Assembly (NCBI GenBank): GCA_963806855.1
Contig: CAWDYW010000003.1
Span: 542,129 to 606,128, forward strand
Origin: an uncultured Verrucomicrobiae bacterium
GTDB taxonomy: Bacteria; Chlamydiota; Chlamydiia; Chlamydiales; Rhabdochlamydiaceae
Direction: 5' to 3'
DNA: 64,000 nt
In this document: positions 55,518 to 63,925 of the stretch, piece after piece
Position numbering within the stretch: position 1 is the stretch's first letter
How the letters are laid out: every line of letters begins with the position of its first letter
Translations under genes and position numbers: made by a program
The notes under the pieces: model-generated
Databases searched by the model: none
Told to the model about the DNA's origin: nothing
Seen by the model: the letters and a program-made list of their open reading frames with translations, nothing else

Positions 55518-55934
55518 ATGAGTGATTTAAATAATTTTAATATCATGAGGGCCGGACAACTCATGGGGGCCATTGTGGCATCCGAAGGGCTGTATGATCT
55601 TTACACCTCTACTCAAAAGACACATCCAGTTCAAAAAAAAATGTTACAAAAAAAGGGCTTCGACAATTTAGTCGGAGGAGCCATTGCTTCGGCCCTTTTC
55701 TCCCTAGTTCCCCTCAGGATCAATCATTTTCCCACAGCCATCCAACCCTTTCTCACAAAGAATTTGAAACTCTTCCTCCCTTGCGCGGGCGCAATGATGC
55801 TCGCCTATGGTGTGGAGCAAGTGTATAAGGCCTCTCAAGAGAGAGATGAATTTACGAAAGCAAAACTTACCAAAGAAGGGTTTGGTCAAGCCGTCTTTGG
55901 CAGTGCAGCTCTCATCGCCCGCGTCTGGAGCTAA
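55518..55934 (+). CDS. hypothetical small membrane protein (family A)
   Basis: 138 aa with two hydrophobic segments. Truncated copies of its 5' and 3' ends recur downstream at 56441-56482 and 57069-57185. Confidence 0.55.
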   Translation: MSDLNNFNIMRAGQLMGAIVASEGLYDLYTSTQKTHPVQKKMLQKKGFDNLVGGAIASALFSLVPLRINHFPTAIQPFLTKNLKLFLPCAGAMMLAYGVEQVYKASQERDEFTKAKLTKEGFGQAVFGSAALIARVWS

Positions 55935-55937
55935 TCC

Positions 55938-56330
55938 ATGTTAGGTAGAGAGATAGATGCGTATTATGTTAGCGGTTCCATCTGTACTATGCTCGCTCTC
56001 TACAACTTCATCGGCTTTTGTAACTACAATGGTCCTCTAGATCGCCGAATGGTAATGGGCCACAGAGGCGTGCTATTCACATTTCTTGGTAGTGTATGTG
56101 CATTGGAACCAAAATTCGGTGTTGTAAGCCTTATTAAACAAGCAGCAATAAGATTTTGGCTTTCACCGACAAATATGACAGTTCTTGCTATAGGGGGGGT
56201 GACTGATGTTTATTATTATCACTCTTACAATTCAAGAGATCGACTTGGGACTATCATCACATTAATGCTCGCTTCTGCAATGTCAGCCACACAATTAGCA
56301 TTATTTATCTTAACTAATGAAAACTCATGA
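55938..56330 (+). CDS. hypothetical four-helix small membrane protein (family B, copy 1)
   Basis: 130 aa. It shares LEPK.G..SL.KQAAIRFWLSPTN and TQLALFILTN with copies 2 and 3. Confidence 0.6.
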   Translation: MLGREIDAYYVSGSICTMLALYNFIGFCNYNGPLDRRMVMGHRGVLFTFLGSVCALEPKFGVVSLIKQAAIRFWLSPTNMTVLAIGGVTDVYYYHSYNSRDRLGTIITLMLASAMSATQLALFILTNENS

Positions 56331-56482
56331 TTGAAATAAACGATATCGCATCCTCCGTAGGTGCAGGATTTTTAAATTGGGGAGTCTACGATTGTGTAGA
56401 CGGTAAAGGGGTAAAAAGAGGGGTGCTCCAGCTCGCAGTTGCTGTCGTAGCTCTCATCGCCGCATCTGGAGCTAACCTATGA
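56327..56482 (+). pseudogene. chimeric remnant: 5' part of family C gene joined to the 3' end of the family A gene
   Basis: MIEINDIASSVGAGFLNWGVYDCVDGKGVKRGVLQLAVAV matches the start of 57571..58101. The tail LIAASGANL derives from the family A 3' end. ATGA overlaps are kept at both ends. Confidence 0.7.
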
Positions 56483-56895
56483 TGTCCACGGGACAGACAA
56501 ATGCGTATTATCTTGCAAATGCGTATTATCTTGCTGGTGGAGTCTGTTATACATTCGGTCTCGTGGAGATCCTCGGCTCTTATTACTCTAGCGGTTCTCT
56601 AGACAGCCGAAAGGAAATGTTCTACAGAGGCATGCTATTCACACTTCTGGGTAGTGTATGTGTATTGGAACCAAAAACCGGTATTGCGAGCCTTGTTAAA
56701 CAAGCAGCTATAAGATTTTGGCTTTTACCGTCAAATGCGACAGTCCTCATTTTGGCAGGTGTGATCTCCCTTCATCACCATGCGCGCTCTGGCACTCCGA
56801 GAGGACTACTCATGCCTTTCCTCTTATTGTGGTTCGGTTCCACAATGGCAGTCACACAATTAGCATTATTCATCTTAACTAATAAAAATGTATGA
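56479..56895 (+). CDS. hypothetical four-helix small membrane protein (family B, copy 2)
   Basis: 138 aa. Its C-terminal roughly 100 residues are nearly identical to copy 3. It contains a perfect 18-bp tandem duplication (NAYYLA twice). Confidence 0.6.
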   Translation: MMSTGQTNAYYLANAYYLAGGVCYTFGLVEILGSYYSSGSLDSRKEMFYRGMLFTLLGSVCVLEPKTGIASLVKQAAIRFWLLPSNATVLILAGVISLHHHARSGTPRGLLMPFLLLWFGSTMAVTQLALFILTNKNV

Positions 56896-57014
56896 TTGAA
56901 ATAAACGATATCGCAGCCTCCGTAGCTGCAGGATTTTTAAATTGGGGCGTCAAGGAATTCGACCCCATTCGGGACTCCACTTATTTCCAGCAATTTATGA
57001 AGAACCATTCATAA
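56892..57014 (+). pseudogene. chimeric remnant: first 20 codons of family C fused in-frame to the last 20 codons of the M50 protease gene
   Basis: MIEINDIAASVAAGFLNWGV + [20 protein letters not shown]. The second half repeats 55312-55374 nearly exactly. Confidence 0.75.
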
Positions 57015-57068
57015 GTTGAGCATAATCCTAAAATTTGCCACAATGATACAATCTCTATATGGATTGTA

Positions 57069-57185
57069 ATGAGTGATTTAAATAATTTTAATTTCATGAA
57101 GGCCGGACAACTCATGGGGGCCATTCTGGCATCTGATTTGGCAGCGCGGCTCTCATCGCCTGGGTCTGGAGCTCATCCATGTTAG
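57069..57185 (+). pseudogene. internally deleted, frameshifted remnant of the family A gene
   Basis: MSDLNNFNFMKAGQLMGAILAS matches the family A start. It then jumps to family A 3'-end DNA out of frame. It is preceded by a shortened copy of the 55375-55517 spacer. Confidence 0.75.
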
Positions 57186-57574
57186 ACAGACTAGAGAGAA
57201 ATGCGTATTATCTTGGCGGTTCAATCTTTATACTCGGTCTCTACAACCTCATCAGCTCTTATTACCCTGACACTCCTCTAGATCGCCGAAAGGTAATGTT
57301 CCAGAGAGGCATAGGATTCACACTTCTGGGTTGTGTATGTGTATTGGAACCAAAAACCGGTATTGCGAGCCTTGTTAAACAAGCAGCTATAAGATTTTGG
57401 CTTTCACCGACAAATGCGACAGTCCTCATTTTGGCAGGTGTGATCAGCCTTCGTCATTATGCGCGCTCTGGAAATCCGAGAGGACTACTCGGGCCTTTCC
57501 TCGTATTGTGGTTCGGTTCCGTATTGGCAGTCACACAATTAGCATTATTAATTTTAACTAATAAAAACTTATGA
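57179..57574 (+). CDS. hypothetical four-helix small membrane protein (family B, copy 3)
   Basis: 131 aa and a paralog of 55938 and 56479. ATGA overlap with the following gene. Confidence 0.6.
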   Translation: MLDRLERNAYYLGGSIFILGLYNLISSYYPDTPLDRRKVMFQRGIGFTLLGCVCVLEPKTGIASLVKQAAIRFWLSPTNATVLILAGVISLRHYARSGNPRGLLGPFLVLWFGSVLAVTQLALLILTNKNL

Positions 57575-58101
57575 TTGAAATAAACGATATCGCATCCTCC
57601 ATAGGGGCAGGATTTTTAAATTGGGGAGTCTACGATTGTGTAGACGGTAAAGGGGTAAAAAGAGGGGTGCTCAAGCTCGCAGTTGCTGTCGCAGCCATTG
57701 CCATCAGAGTCGGGATGAGTCCACAATCTCCAGAGTTCATCTTACGAGATCTACAAATCCTCGGCGTGACAACAGCTGTCTGCTCTGTAATTTCTGCGAT
57801 AGGTGACACATATGGCGGCCGACTTGGCAGAGCTGCACTGAAACTAGGCGTTGCCGTAGGAGCAGTCACTGGCTTACAACTCACCGTTTTCCCACAAGAA
57901 GAGGTGATGAGCAACTTGCTTACCCTTACGAAAATTGGAGGCTATGTCAGCGCAGCTATGCTGTCCATTTGGAGCGCGCAGCAGCTTTATAAAGGCTACA
58001 GGGGCGATGATGTCGATCTTCTCAAGGGGGGAATTGTGACCGGTATTCTCATCGCCCCGTCGCTTGGGATGTCACTCGGCATTCGAGCCATCGGTTATTG
58101 A
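57571..58101 (+). CDS. hypothetical Gly/Ala-rich membrane protein (family C, intact copy)
   Basis: 176 aa with several hydrophobic Gly/Ala helices. Its first 20-40 codons are duplicated twice upstream. Confidence 0.55.
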   Translation: MIEINDIASSIGAGFLNWGVYDCVDGKGVKRGVLKLAVAVAAIAIRVGMSPQSPEFILRDLQILGVTTAVCSVISAIGDTYGGRLGRAALKLGVAVGAVTGLQLTVFPQEEVMSNLLTLTKIGGYVSAAMLSIWSAQQLYKGYRGDDVDLLKGGIVTGILIAPSLGMSLGIRAIGY

Positions 58102-58102
58102 A

Positions 58103-60301
58103 TTAATATCCGATCAGCTCTTCGACCAATTTCAGAAACTCTTTCCCAAAATCCTTTTTCTCGAATAGAACGCTTGGTTTTTGGTTGCGCCGATCGAAGG
58201 CCTCTTTGATGAGAGGGAGGAGCCGCTCTTTATTTTTCACAGCACTATCCTGGAACGGGTTGGTGCTGCCTGACTGCGGTTTAAAGCGAGATCCCATGTT
58301 GGCTTGGATGCAGAATTCCATGTTAAACACCTCCCAGTCCATCAGCGCGAAGGGGGCGTGGAAGATCATCGGCAGGCCGCTGGCGAGCGCTTCGTTGGTC
58401 GTGCAGCCTTCCGGCTGAGTGAGGAGGCCATCGGCGATGCTCATCAGCAGTGCTTGGTCGTCGACGGCGCCGATCGCATGCATGTGGAGCCGTGGATTGG
58501 TCGGCAGGGCGTTGATCCGGAAGCGCATGTCTCGATTGTCTTGCACTTTTTGATCGCCGCAGAGGCAGATGATGTGCAGATCCCCTTCGGTCAGCTCTGA
58601 AATGTCGAGGGCGGTGAGGGAGGCCAAGATGGCAGCATATTTTTCGGTGGCGCGGCCGGCGATTCCGCCGATGATGACGAGCAGGACCCGATCGTTTGGC
58701 CCGATGCCAAACTCCCGCCGCAGCTCGCTCTTTTCGGCCTCTGTGGGGAGCTGATTAAAGCTGGAGCGAACAGGGAACCCGGTGATGGAGATTTTGTCGC
58801 TCGGGATCCGATTCTCGATCTTGGTACGCATTTCGGGAGTGTCATAGGCGAGGGTCATCCGCCATTTGGGGTAGCTGAGGTCGCACGAGTGGCCGTTCAT
58901 CCCTTTGGTGAAAAAGGCGGTGTCGAGCTCGGTCGTCACCATGAGCAAGGGAAGGTTGAGCTCTTTGGCGACGTTGAGGAACATCGCATTTAAGCAAGGG
59001 AAGCAGCTGATCAGCATGTCGGGGTGCTGCTTGAGCACTTCGAGACGGATCTGCTTTTCTATGCTCTCTTGTTGCATCATCAAGAAGAAGGGGCCGACCG
59101 AGGTGAGCAGCTTGACCCATTCAAATTCTTCATTGCGGACCAAGTGGTTGTAGAGCCTCTCCTGAGAAAAATTAAAGAGCATCCTCTTGAAAACGTCGGT
59201 AGAAGCGAGGGTATCTTCCAATGTATTGGCCACCTGGATGTGATAGCGCCCCTTTGCATATTCGCTCATCGCCTTTGTGACATTCAAATGGCTCCGGCCG
59301 CCGCCACAGGTGAAAATCAGCAGGCTACTTTGAGCCGTTTTCTTATGCGTATAAAAGGGTTTGATCTGGGTCAGATCCATGAGCCTAGTCTTTTCATCCC
59401 AGCACAATCCAATTTCTTCGCTAAATTGGCAGCTGCAGCAGAGGTGGACTTCGACCGGTTCCTTCAGAAGGGCCGATTTGAGCAAAGCATAGCCGTTGTT
59501 GATCTCTTGGAATTTCCCGCGGAATTTGCCTAAAATCGCCGCTTTGAATACTTCTGAGAAGGGAGAGAGGATGTTTTCGTGGAGCAATTTCCCCAGCTGC
59601 TTATGGAACGGGACAATCTCGGTTTCGAAATAGCTGAGTTGCATCTCCAGATTTTCCGGATCGAGGGTATCAGAGACAGGATGGGTCTGGATGGCCTTTA
59701 AAATATCCTCTAGCGTCTCTTCCCAAATGAGCAATTGCTCGAAGCTCGCGCAGATCCGATTCCAATACTCCAAACTGCTGTCGCTCTTTTCGATCAGCTC
59801 ATCGAGCAGCAGCGCCTCACACGGATCGAGCTTAAACCCTTTTTCCTTCTTCGCTAGCCCCAGACTGCGGCGCATCTGCGTTCCAAAGTTGCTTTCATCG
59901 ATTTGCAGAGCGAGCGGAGGGCGATCGAGGCCCAAAGAGCAGAGCCAATTGCAAACAGCCGCTTCCATCGTCCGCAGAGCCACCTCCCTTTTCAAGTGGG
60001 GAGAATCGTCATTTTTGAGGTAGTTCTCCAGCTTTTTTTCCAGCTCAATGGAGATATGTTGCTGGTCCCGATCTTCCGACATCCGTAAACTAAGCTGCAG
60101 CTCCAAATAGCGGTAGACCAGATCGACCTCTTTCTGCTGGAGCAGTTGACTTAAGCGTCGGTATTCTCGCTCAGAGAGCCACGTCGCCTTCAAATCCTCG
60201 AGGAAATCCTCAGTCTGCTGGCGGAGCTGATCGCTTGGTCTCGACGAGCGAGTCCAGTGGGACAAAAGTTGATCGGATGCATCTCTCAGTTGAAAAACCA
60301 T
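58103..60301 (-). CDS. GT28/MGDG-synthase-like glycosyltransferase with a roughly 330-aa N-terminal helical extension
   Basis: 732 aa. The C-terminal half has LIFTCGGGRSHLNV (GGxGH-type loop), ICLCGDQ, and LLTQPEGCTTNEALASGLPMI (GT-B C-domain motif). The N-terminal third has no recognised motif. Confidence 0.65.
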   Translation of the reverse strand: MVFQLRDASDQLLSHWTRSSRPSDQLRQQTEDFLEDLKATWLSEREYRRLSQLLQQKEVDLVYRYLELQLSLRMSEDRDQQHISIELEKKLENYLKNDDSPHLKREVALRTMEAAVCNWLCSLGLDRPPLALQIDESNFGTQMRRSLGLAKKEKGFKLDPCEALLLDELIEKSDSSLEYWNRICASFEQLLIWEETLEDILKAIQTHPVSDTLDPENLEMQLSYFETEIVPFHKQLGKLLHENILSPFSEVFKAAILGKFRGKFQEINNGYALLKSALLKEPVEVHLCCSCQFSEEIGLCWDEKTRLMDLTQIKPFYTHKKTAQSSLLIFTCGGGRSHLNVTKAMSEYAKGRYHIQVANTLEDTLASTDVFKRMLFNFSQERLYNHLVRNEEFEWVKLLTSVGPFFLMMQQESIEKQIRLEVLKQHPDMLISCFPCLNAMFLNVAKELNLPLLMVTTELDTAFFTKGMNGHSCDLSYPKWRMTLAYDTPEMRTKIENRIPSDKISITGFPVRSSFNQLPTEAEKSELRREFGIGPNDRVLLVIIGGIAGRATEKYAAILASLTALDISELTEGDLHIICLCGDQKVQDNRDMRFRINALPTNPRLHMHAIGAVDDQALLMSIADGLLTQPEGCTTNEALASGLPMIFHAPFALMDWEVFNMEFCIQANMGSRFKPQSGSTNPFQDSAVKNKERLLPLIKEAFDRRNQKPSVLFEKKDFGKEFLKLVEELIGY

Positions 60302-60351
60302 GTTATGGAAGATAGCTCATAGGAGCCGTTTTTGCAATACTAAACCGAAGC

Positions 60352-60386
60352 AAAAGAAATTCTGCTCATTTTTACATGGGCAGAAT
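60352..60386 (-). terminator. candidate intrinsic terminator after the six-helix membrane protein gene
   Basis: The minus strand has the stem ATTCTGC/GCAGAAT (7 bp, 14-nt loop) followed by TTCTTTT, starting 8 nt after the stop codon. Confidence 0.4.
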
Positions 60387-60393
60387 CTTGTTG

Positions 60394-61122
60394 TTAATTG
60401 GTCTTTTGGACCATTGAATACAGCGTCTCTTTGCCGAACTTATAGAGAACGGCGAAGAATCCCACAGCGCGCGCTTTATACAGCGCACCCCAATAGCTCT
60501 GGCGAAGGCTGAAAGTCAGCCCCTTCTGCCAACGGGTCACCGCAGTATTGGCCGGATGTCCGATAAGGCTGCCAAGTGCACCAGCCGTAGATGCGACTGC
60601 ATATTCAGCACCCTTGTTATCTACGCCCTTCTCTTTCAGCTTAGAAGCTAAGAGATCGGCCACGCTTAAGCCTCCAACGAAGGCCGTTTCTTGCAGCGTA
60701 ATGGCAAGCCCCTGCTTGAGAGAAAATTTGCGTAGAGATTCCATCGGCAGCATATTTATGGATTTGCCATTAAAGATCGCCACGAATGGAGAAGACACTG
60801 CGCCGACGATTGCCGAACTGACCAACTTTGAGCTTAAGGTTTGCTCTTTAGCATCTCCTAATAAGAGAGACTCGACCCCATTCTGGGCAAGCATTTGCGC
60901 TCCAACGAGCGTGCCGGTAGAGCGCATAGCGCCTAGTCCTTCTTTTAGCCCCTCTTTTAGAGTCACTTTTCGAGCTTGTAGCCCTTGTTGCCGTTCGCTT
61001 TTGGCGATGAAATCCCTAAAAGGGAGAACGATCGCCCCCGCAGCCGCAACGGGTGGTGCTAAATAGGGCATGAGCATAGCCAAAGGCCCTGGTGCATTTG
61101 GTGTAACAGATGATGTAGACAT
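60394..61122 (-). CDS. hypothetical six-helix membrane protein with threefold internal repeat (mitochondrial-carrier-like?)
   Basis: 242 aa with three units of about 80 aa, each holding two helices. The odd helices end in LPFRDFIAKSERQ, SPFVAIFNGKS and HPANTAVTRWQ. The third unit continues SYWGALYKARAVGFFAVLYKFGKE. Confidence 0.5.
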   Translation of the reverse strand: MSTSSVTPNAPGPLAMLMPYLAPPVAAAGAIVLPFRDFIAKSERQQGLQARKVTLKEGLKEGLGAMRSTGTLVGAQMLAQNGVESLLLGDAKEQTLSSKLVSSAIVGAVSSPFVAIFNGKSINMLPMESLRKFSLKQGLAITLQETAFVGGLSVADLLASKLKEKGVDNKGAEYAVASTAGALGSLIGHPANTAVTRWQKGLTFSLRQSYWGALYKARAVGFFAVLYKFGKETLYSMVQKTN

Positions 61123-61324
61123 AATAAATCCTTTTGTTTTTATTTACAGTTTAATTTTGAACGGAAATGGATGGGAAAAATTATCTGTTAATTCGCCTGT
61201 TGGCGAATAATAAATGCAAAAGAAATTGCGATGCGTGCAAGAGTTGCCGCATTAAAGCTGTCACAAAAAAGCTGATGTTTCGAACATTCTGCTTTCATGC
61301 GATTGATTATAACAAAAAGTGAAA

Positions 61325-62596
61325 CTATTTTGCAAGATTAATTGTTAATAATTCATCCCAGTGGGTAGTAAAGCGAGCTGAAGTATGGGAGCGGCGCATT
61401 TTCCACGGTTTTTCGATCCCTTCGGCGGCAAATTGAAGGGCGTTTCTCCCATAGGCCTCGTTGATTTGGTCGAGCACCTCCATCGCGCGGCTCCGATCGG
61501 GAGAAGAGTGGAAGAGATCGGGCTGGTGGAAACTCTTGAGGGAGAGATCATTGAGGATGACCCCCACTTTTTTATAGCTGTAGCCGGGGAGAAAAATCGA
61601 CTCGAGCCCTTTTTTGCTCACGGAAATTAAGTCGGGAGTATAGTCAGTAGGCTCGGGCAGCGAGAGGGTGGCGCTATTGGAGTAGCGATTTTCGATGAAA
61701 GGCGAGGTGGTCAAGTAGACGGTAAGATACCTGGCACAGAGCCCTTGCTGGCGCAATTTTTCGGCTGCACGGGCGGTGTAGTTGGAGATGGCCTCTTGCA
61801 GCTGGGGGAGGGTGGTCACGGGGGTCCCAAAAGAGCGGGAGCAGGTGATGCTCTTATTGGGGGCTTCGACCTCGTCGAGCGGCAAGCAGGAGATCCCGCG
61901 CAATTCGAGCGCTGTTTTGAGCAGCACAACGGAAAAGCGCTTCTGGATCCAGCTGTCGGGGCTATTTTTGAATTGGAGCGGAGTGAAAATGGCATGCTCT
62001 CTAAGACGCCTTGACAAGTTGCGGCCGATGCCCCAGATGTCATCGAGCGGAAAGTGGGCGAGCGTTTCATCGATTAGCTTCGGATCCTCGAGCAGGTAGA
62101 CCCCATTTTGCTTCTCATCTTTTTTGGCGATGTGGTTGGCCACTTTTGCTAAAGTTTTAGTCGGGGCGATGCCGACAGAGACCGGGATCCCTGTCCAGCG
62201 CAAGACTGTTTGCCGGATCTTTTGTGCGAGGGAGAGTGGATCATCGGTGGCAATCGAGAGAAAGGCCTCGTCGATCGAATAGATTTCAAAATCGGCAGAA
62301 AATTGCTGGAGCACCTGCATGACCCGCTGCGAGATATCTCCATAAAGGGTGAAATTGGAAGAGTAGACGAAGACGCCCCGATCTTTGAACAACTTGTCGT
62401 ATTCGAAGGCCGGGGCCCCCATCGGAATGCCCAATTTTTTCGCCTCTTTTGAGCGGGCGACGACGCAGCCGTCGTTGCTGGAGAGGACGACGACCGGTTT
62501 GCCCCACAATTTGGGATTGAAGACCCGTTCGCATGAGACGAAGAACGAGTTGCAATCGATTAAAAATAGGTGTTCATCGCGCTTTGTGGATGACAT
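61325..62596 (-). CDS. umuC: Y-family DNA polymerase (UmuC-like, Pol V catalytic subunit)
   Basis: [33 protein letters not shown] and YSIDEAFL. It lies downstream of, and overlaps, a UmuD-like gene. The start is set at 62596. Confidence 0.85.
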   Translation of the reverse strand: MSSTKRDEHLFLIDCNSFFVSCERVFNPKLWGKPVVVLSSNDGCVVARSKEAKKLGIPMGAPAFEYDKLFKDRGVFVYSSNFTLYGDISQRVMQVLQQFSADFEIYSIDEAFLSIATDDPLSLAQKIRQTVLRWTGIPVSVGIAPTKTLAKVANHIAKKDEKQNGVYLLEDPKLIDETLAHFPLDDIWGIGRNLSRRLREHAIFTPLQFKNSPDSWIQKRFSVVLLKTALELRGISCLPLDEVEAPNKSITCSRSFGTPVTTLPQLQEAISNYTARAAEKLRQQGLCARYLTVYLTTSPFIENRYSNSATLSLPEPTDYTPDLISVSKKGLESIFLPGYSYKKVGVILNDLSLKSFHQPDLFHSSPDRSRAMEVLDQINEAYGRNALQFAAEGIEKPWKMRRSHTSARFTTHWDELLTINLAK

Positions 62597-62999
62597 AAGT
62601 GACGACTCCCCAAACTTGAAAATCTGCTCCATCATTGACTGCAATGGGGAAAAAGTTCTTGTTTTCCGCTGCCAATAGGAGCTGATCGCCCCGTTTTAAA
62701 ATCCGTTTCACAGTGAATTCTCCATTCAAGACGGCGACGATGATATCCCGATTTTTTGGCTCGAGCGACCGGTCGACAACGAGCACATCGCCCGAGTGGA
62801 TGTTCGCATCGCGCATCGACTCGCCCTGGACCCGGACAAAAAAGGTGGCAGCCGGATGAGCGACCAGCAGATGGTTGAGGTCGAGATCGTCCAAGTAGCC
62901 TTCAGCCGGAGAGGGGAATCCAGCTGGGATTTGATTGACGAACAGAGGGAGCGGCACACCGAGTGTGGCCTTATGGATTTTAAGCTTCATAAGGCTCAT
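62574..62999 (-). CDS. umuD: UmuD-like S24 self-cleaving peptidase
   Basis: 141 aa. Cleavage-site context [12 protein letters not shown], catalytic Ser in VQGESMRD, and Lys in EFTVKR. Confidence 0.85.
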   Translation of the reverse strand: MSLMKLKIHKATLGVPLPLFVNQIPAGFPSPAEGYLDDLDLNHLLVAHPAATFFVRVQGESMRDANIHSGDVLVVDRSLEPKNRDIIVAVLNGEFTVKRILKRGDQLLLAAENKNFFPIAVNDGADFQVWGVVTYVIHKAR

Positions 63000-63070
63000 T
63001 CTAGCGATTGGGAAAATGGTGTGGTAGAGAAAAGAAAATTTGATTATTCTTCTTATAAAGGAGTTAAAAA

Positions 63071-63503
63071 ATGATTAAATATCCTCTTTTTTTTGAAGTC
63101 AGCGCCAACTCTATAAGCGGAGTGAGTACTCTTTTTGAAGGGAATGCGCTCAATTTTCCCACCATCCACTGCGCCATCCCGACCGAGTTTAATGGGCCGG
63201 GCGGAGGCTATTCGCCAGAGGAGCTTTTTTCTCTCGCGGTCCTCTCTTGCGTGATCGCCACTTTTAAGGTCTTTGCTGAGCGGTCGAAATTACATTTCGA
63301 AACGATCAAGCGCCACTGCCAAATTGACGATTGATCGAAATCCACAGGGTATACCTGAGTTAAAAAAGCTCGACATGAAGTTCACATTATCTGGGGTGCA
63401 GGATCAGGCAAAGGCTAAGGTTCTTTTGGCAGAGTCGGAAAAATATTGTCTCGTTTCCAATGCGGTCAAGTCAGAAAAGACCTATGAGTATGCCTTCGTT
63501 TGA
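63071..63503 (+). pseudogene. OsmC/Ohr family protein, one frameshift (pseudogene or sequencing error)
   Basis: ORF 63071 carries GPGGGYSPEELFSLAVLSCV, and ORF 63273 carries the C-terminal EKYCLVSNAV motif. The frame changes near 63308. Confidence 0.75.
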
Positions 63504-63925
63504 GCATGCTTGGGCTGTTGCACAGGAGCGCTTGAAAAAGAGGCCTGGGCATAGCGGGCGACGTTGAAGGCGAGCACACCCCAGAAGATTTTTTCTGGGG
63601 AATAATAATTAGTCAAATAGCTACAGGCAAAGGGGGCAACCATCGATGGAATGCCCTGGAATGTCAATCTGCTCAAAAATCCTAAATAAGCTTGTCCCAT
63701 TGGATATCCGAGATAGTCGGAAGTGTACCAGACAGCAGCGGAAGCGGCGGTAAGGCTTGCCCCTTTGATCATCCATCCAGGAGTAGCAGCTGGCAGATAT
63801 TGGCGAGCTTTCTGCTCGATTTTGGAATTGAGCGCGGAATTGGCCGCAGTTGCGATCATGCTCGGAACCATCGACCAAAGAACGCCAGGAATCGCCATGA
63901 TTTTGCCTGGAATCTGCGGTTGCAA
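63482..63925 (-). CDS. hypothetical membrane protein
   Basis: A 147-aa ORF with several hydrophobic segments and no recognised motif. The start is uncertain; Met10 at 63898 is possible. Confidence 0.45.
   Translation of the reverse strand: MQPQIPGKIMAIPGVLWSMVPSMIATAANSALNSKIEQKARQYLPAATPGWMIKGASLTAASAAVWYTSDYLGYPMGQAYLGFLSRLTFQGIPSMVAPFACSYLTNYYSPEKIFWGVLAFNVARYAQASFSSAPVQQPKHAQTKAYS

Noticed and set aside
61306-61314. A TGTTATAAT extended -10-like string just downstream of the umuC stop, considered as a promoter for the six-helix protein gene.
   Set aside because: It would imply a leader of about 180 nt, and such AT-rich matches are expected by chance in this AT-rich spacer. There is no supporting -35 element or conservation evidence.
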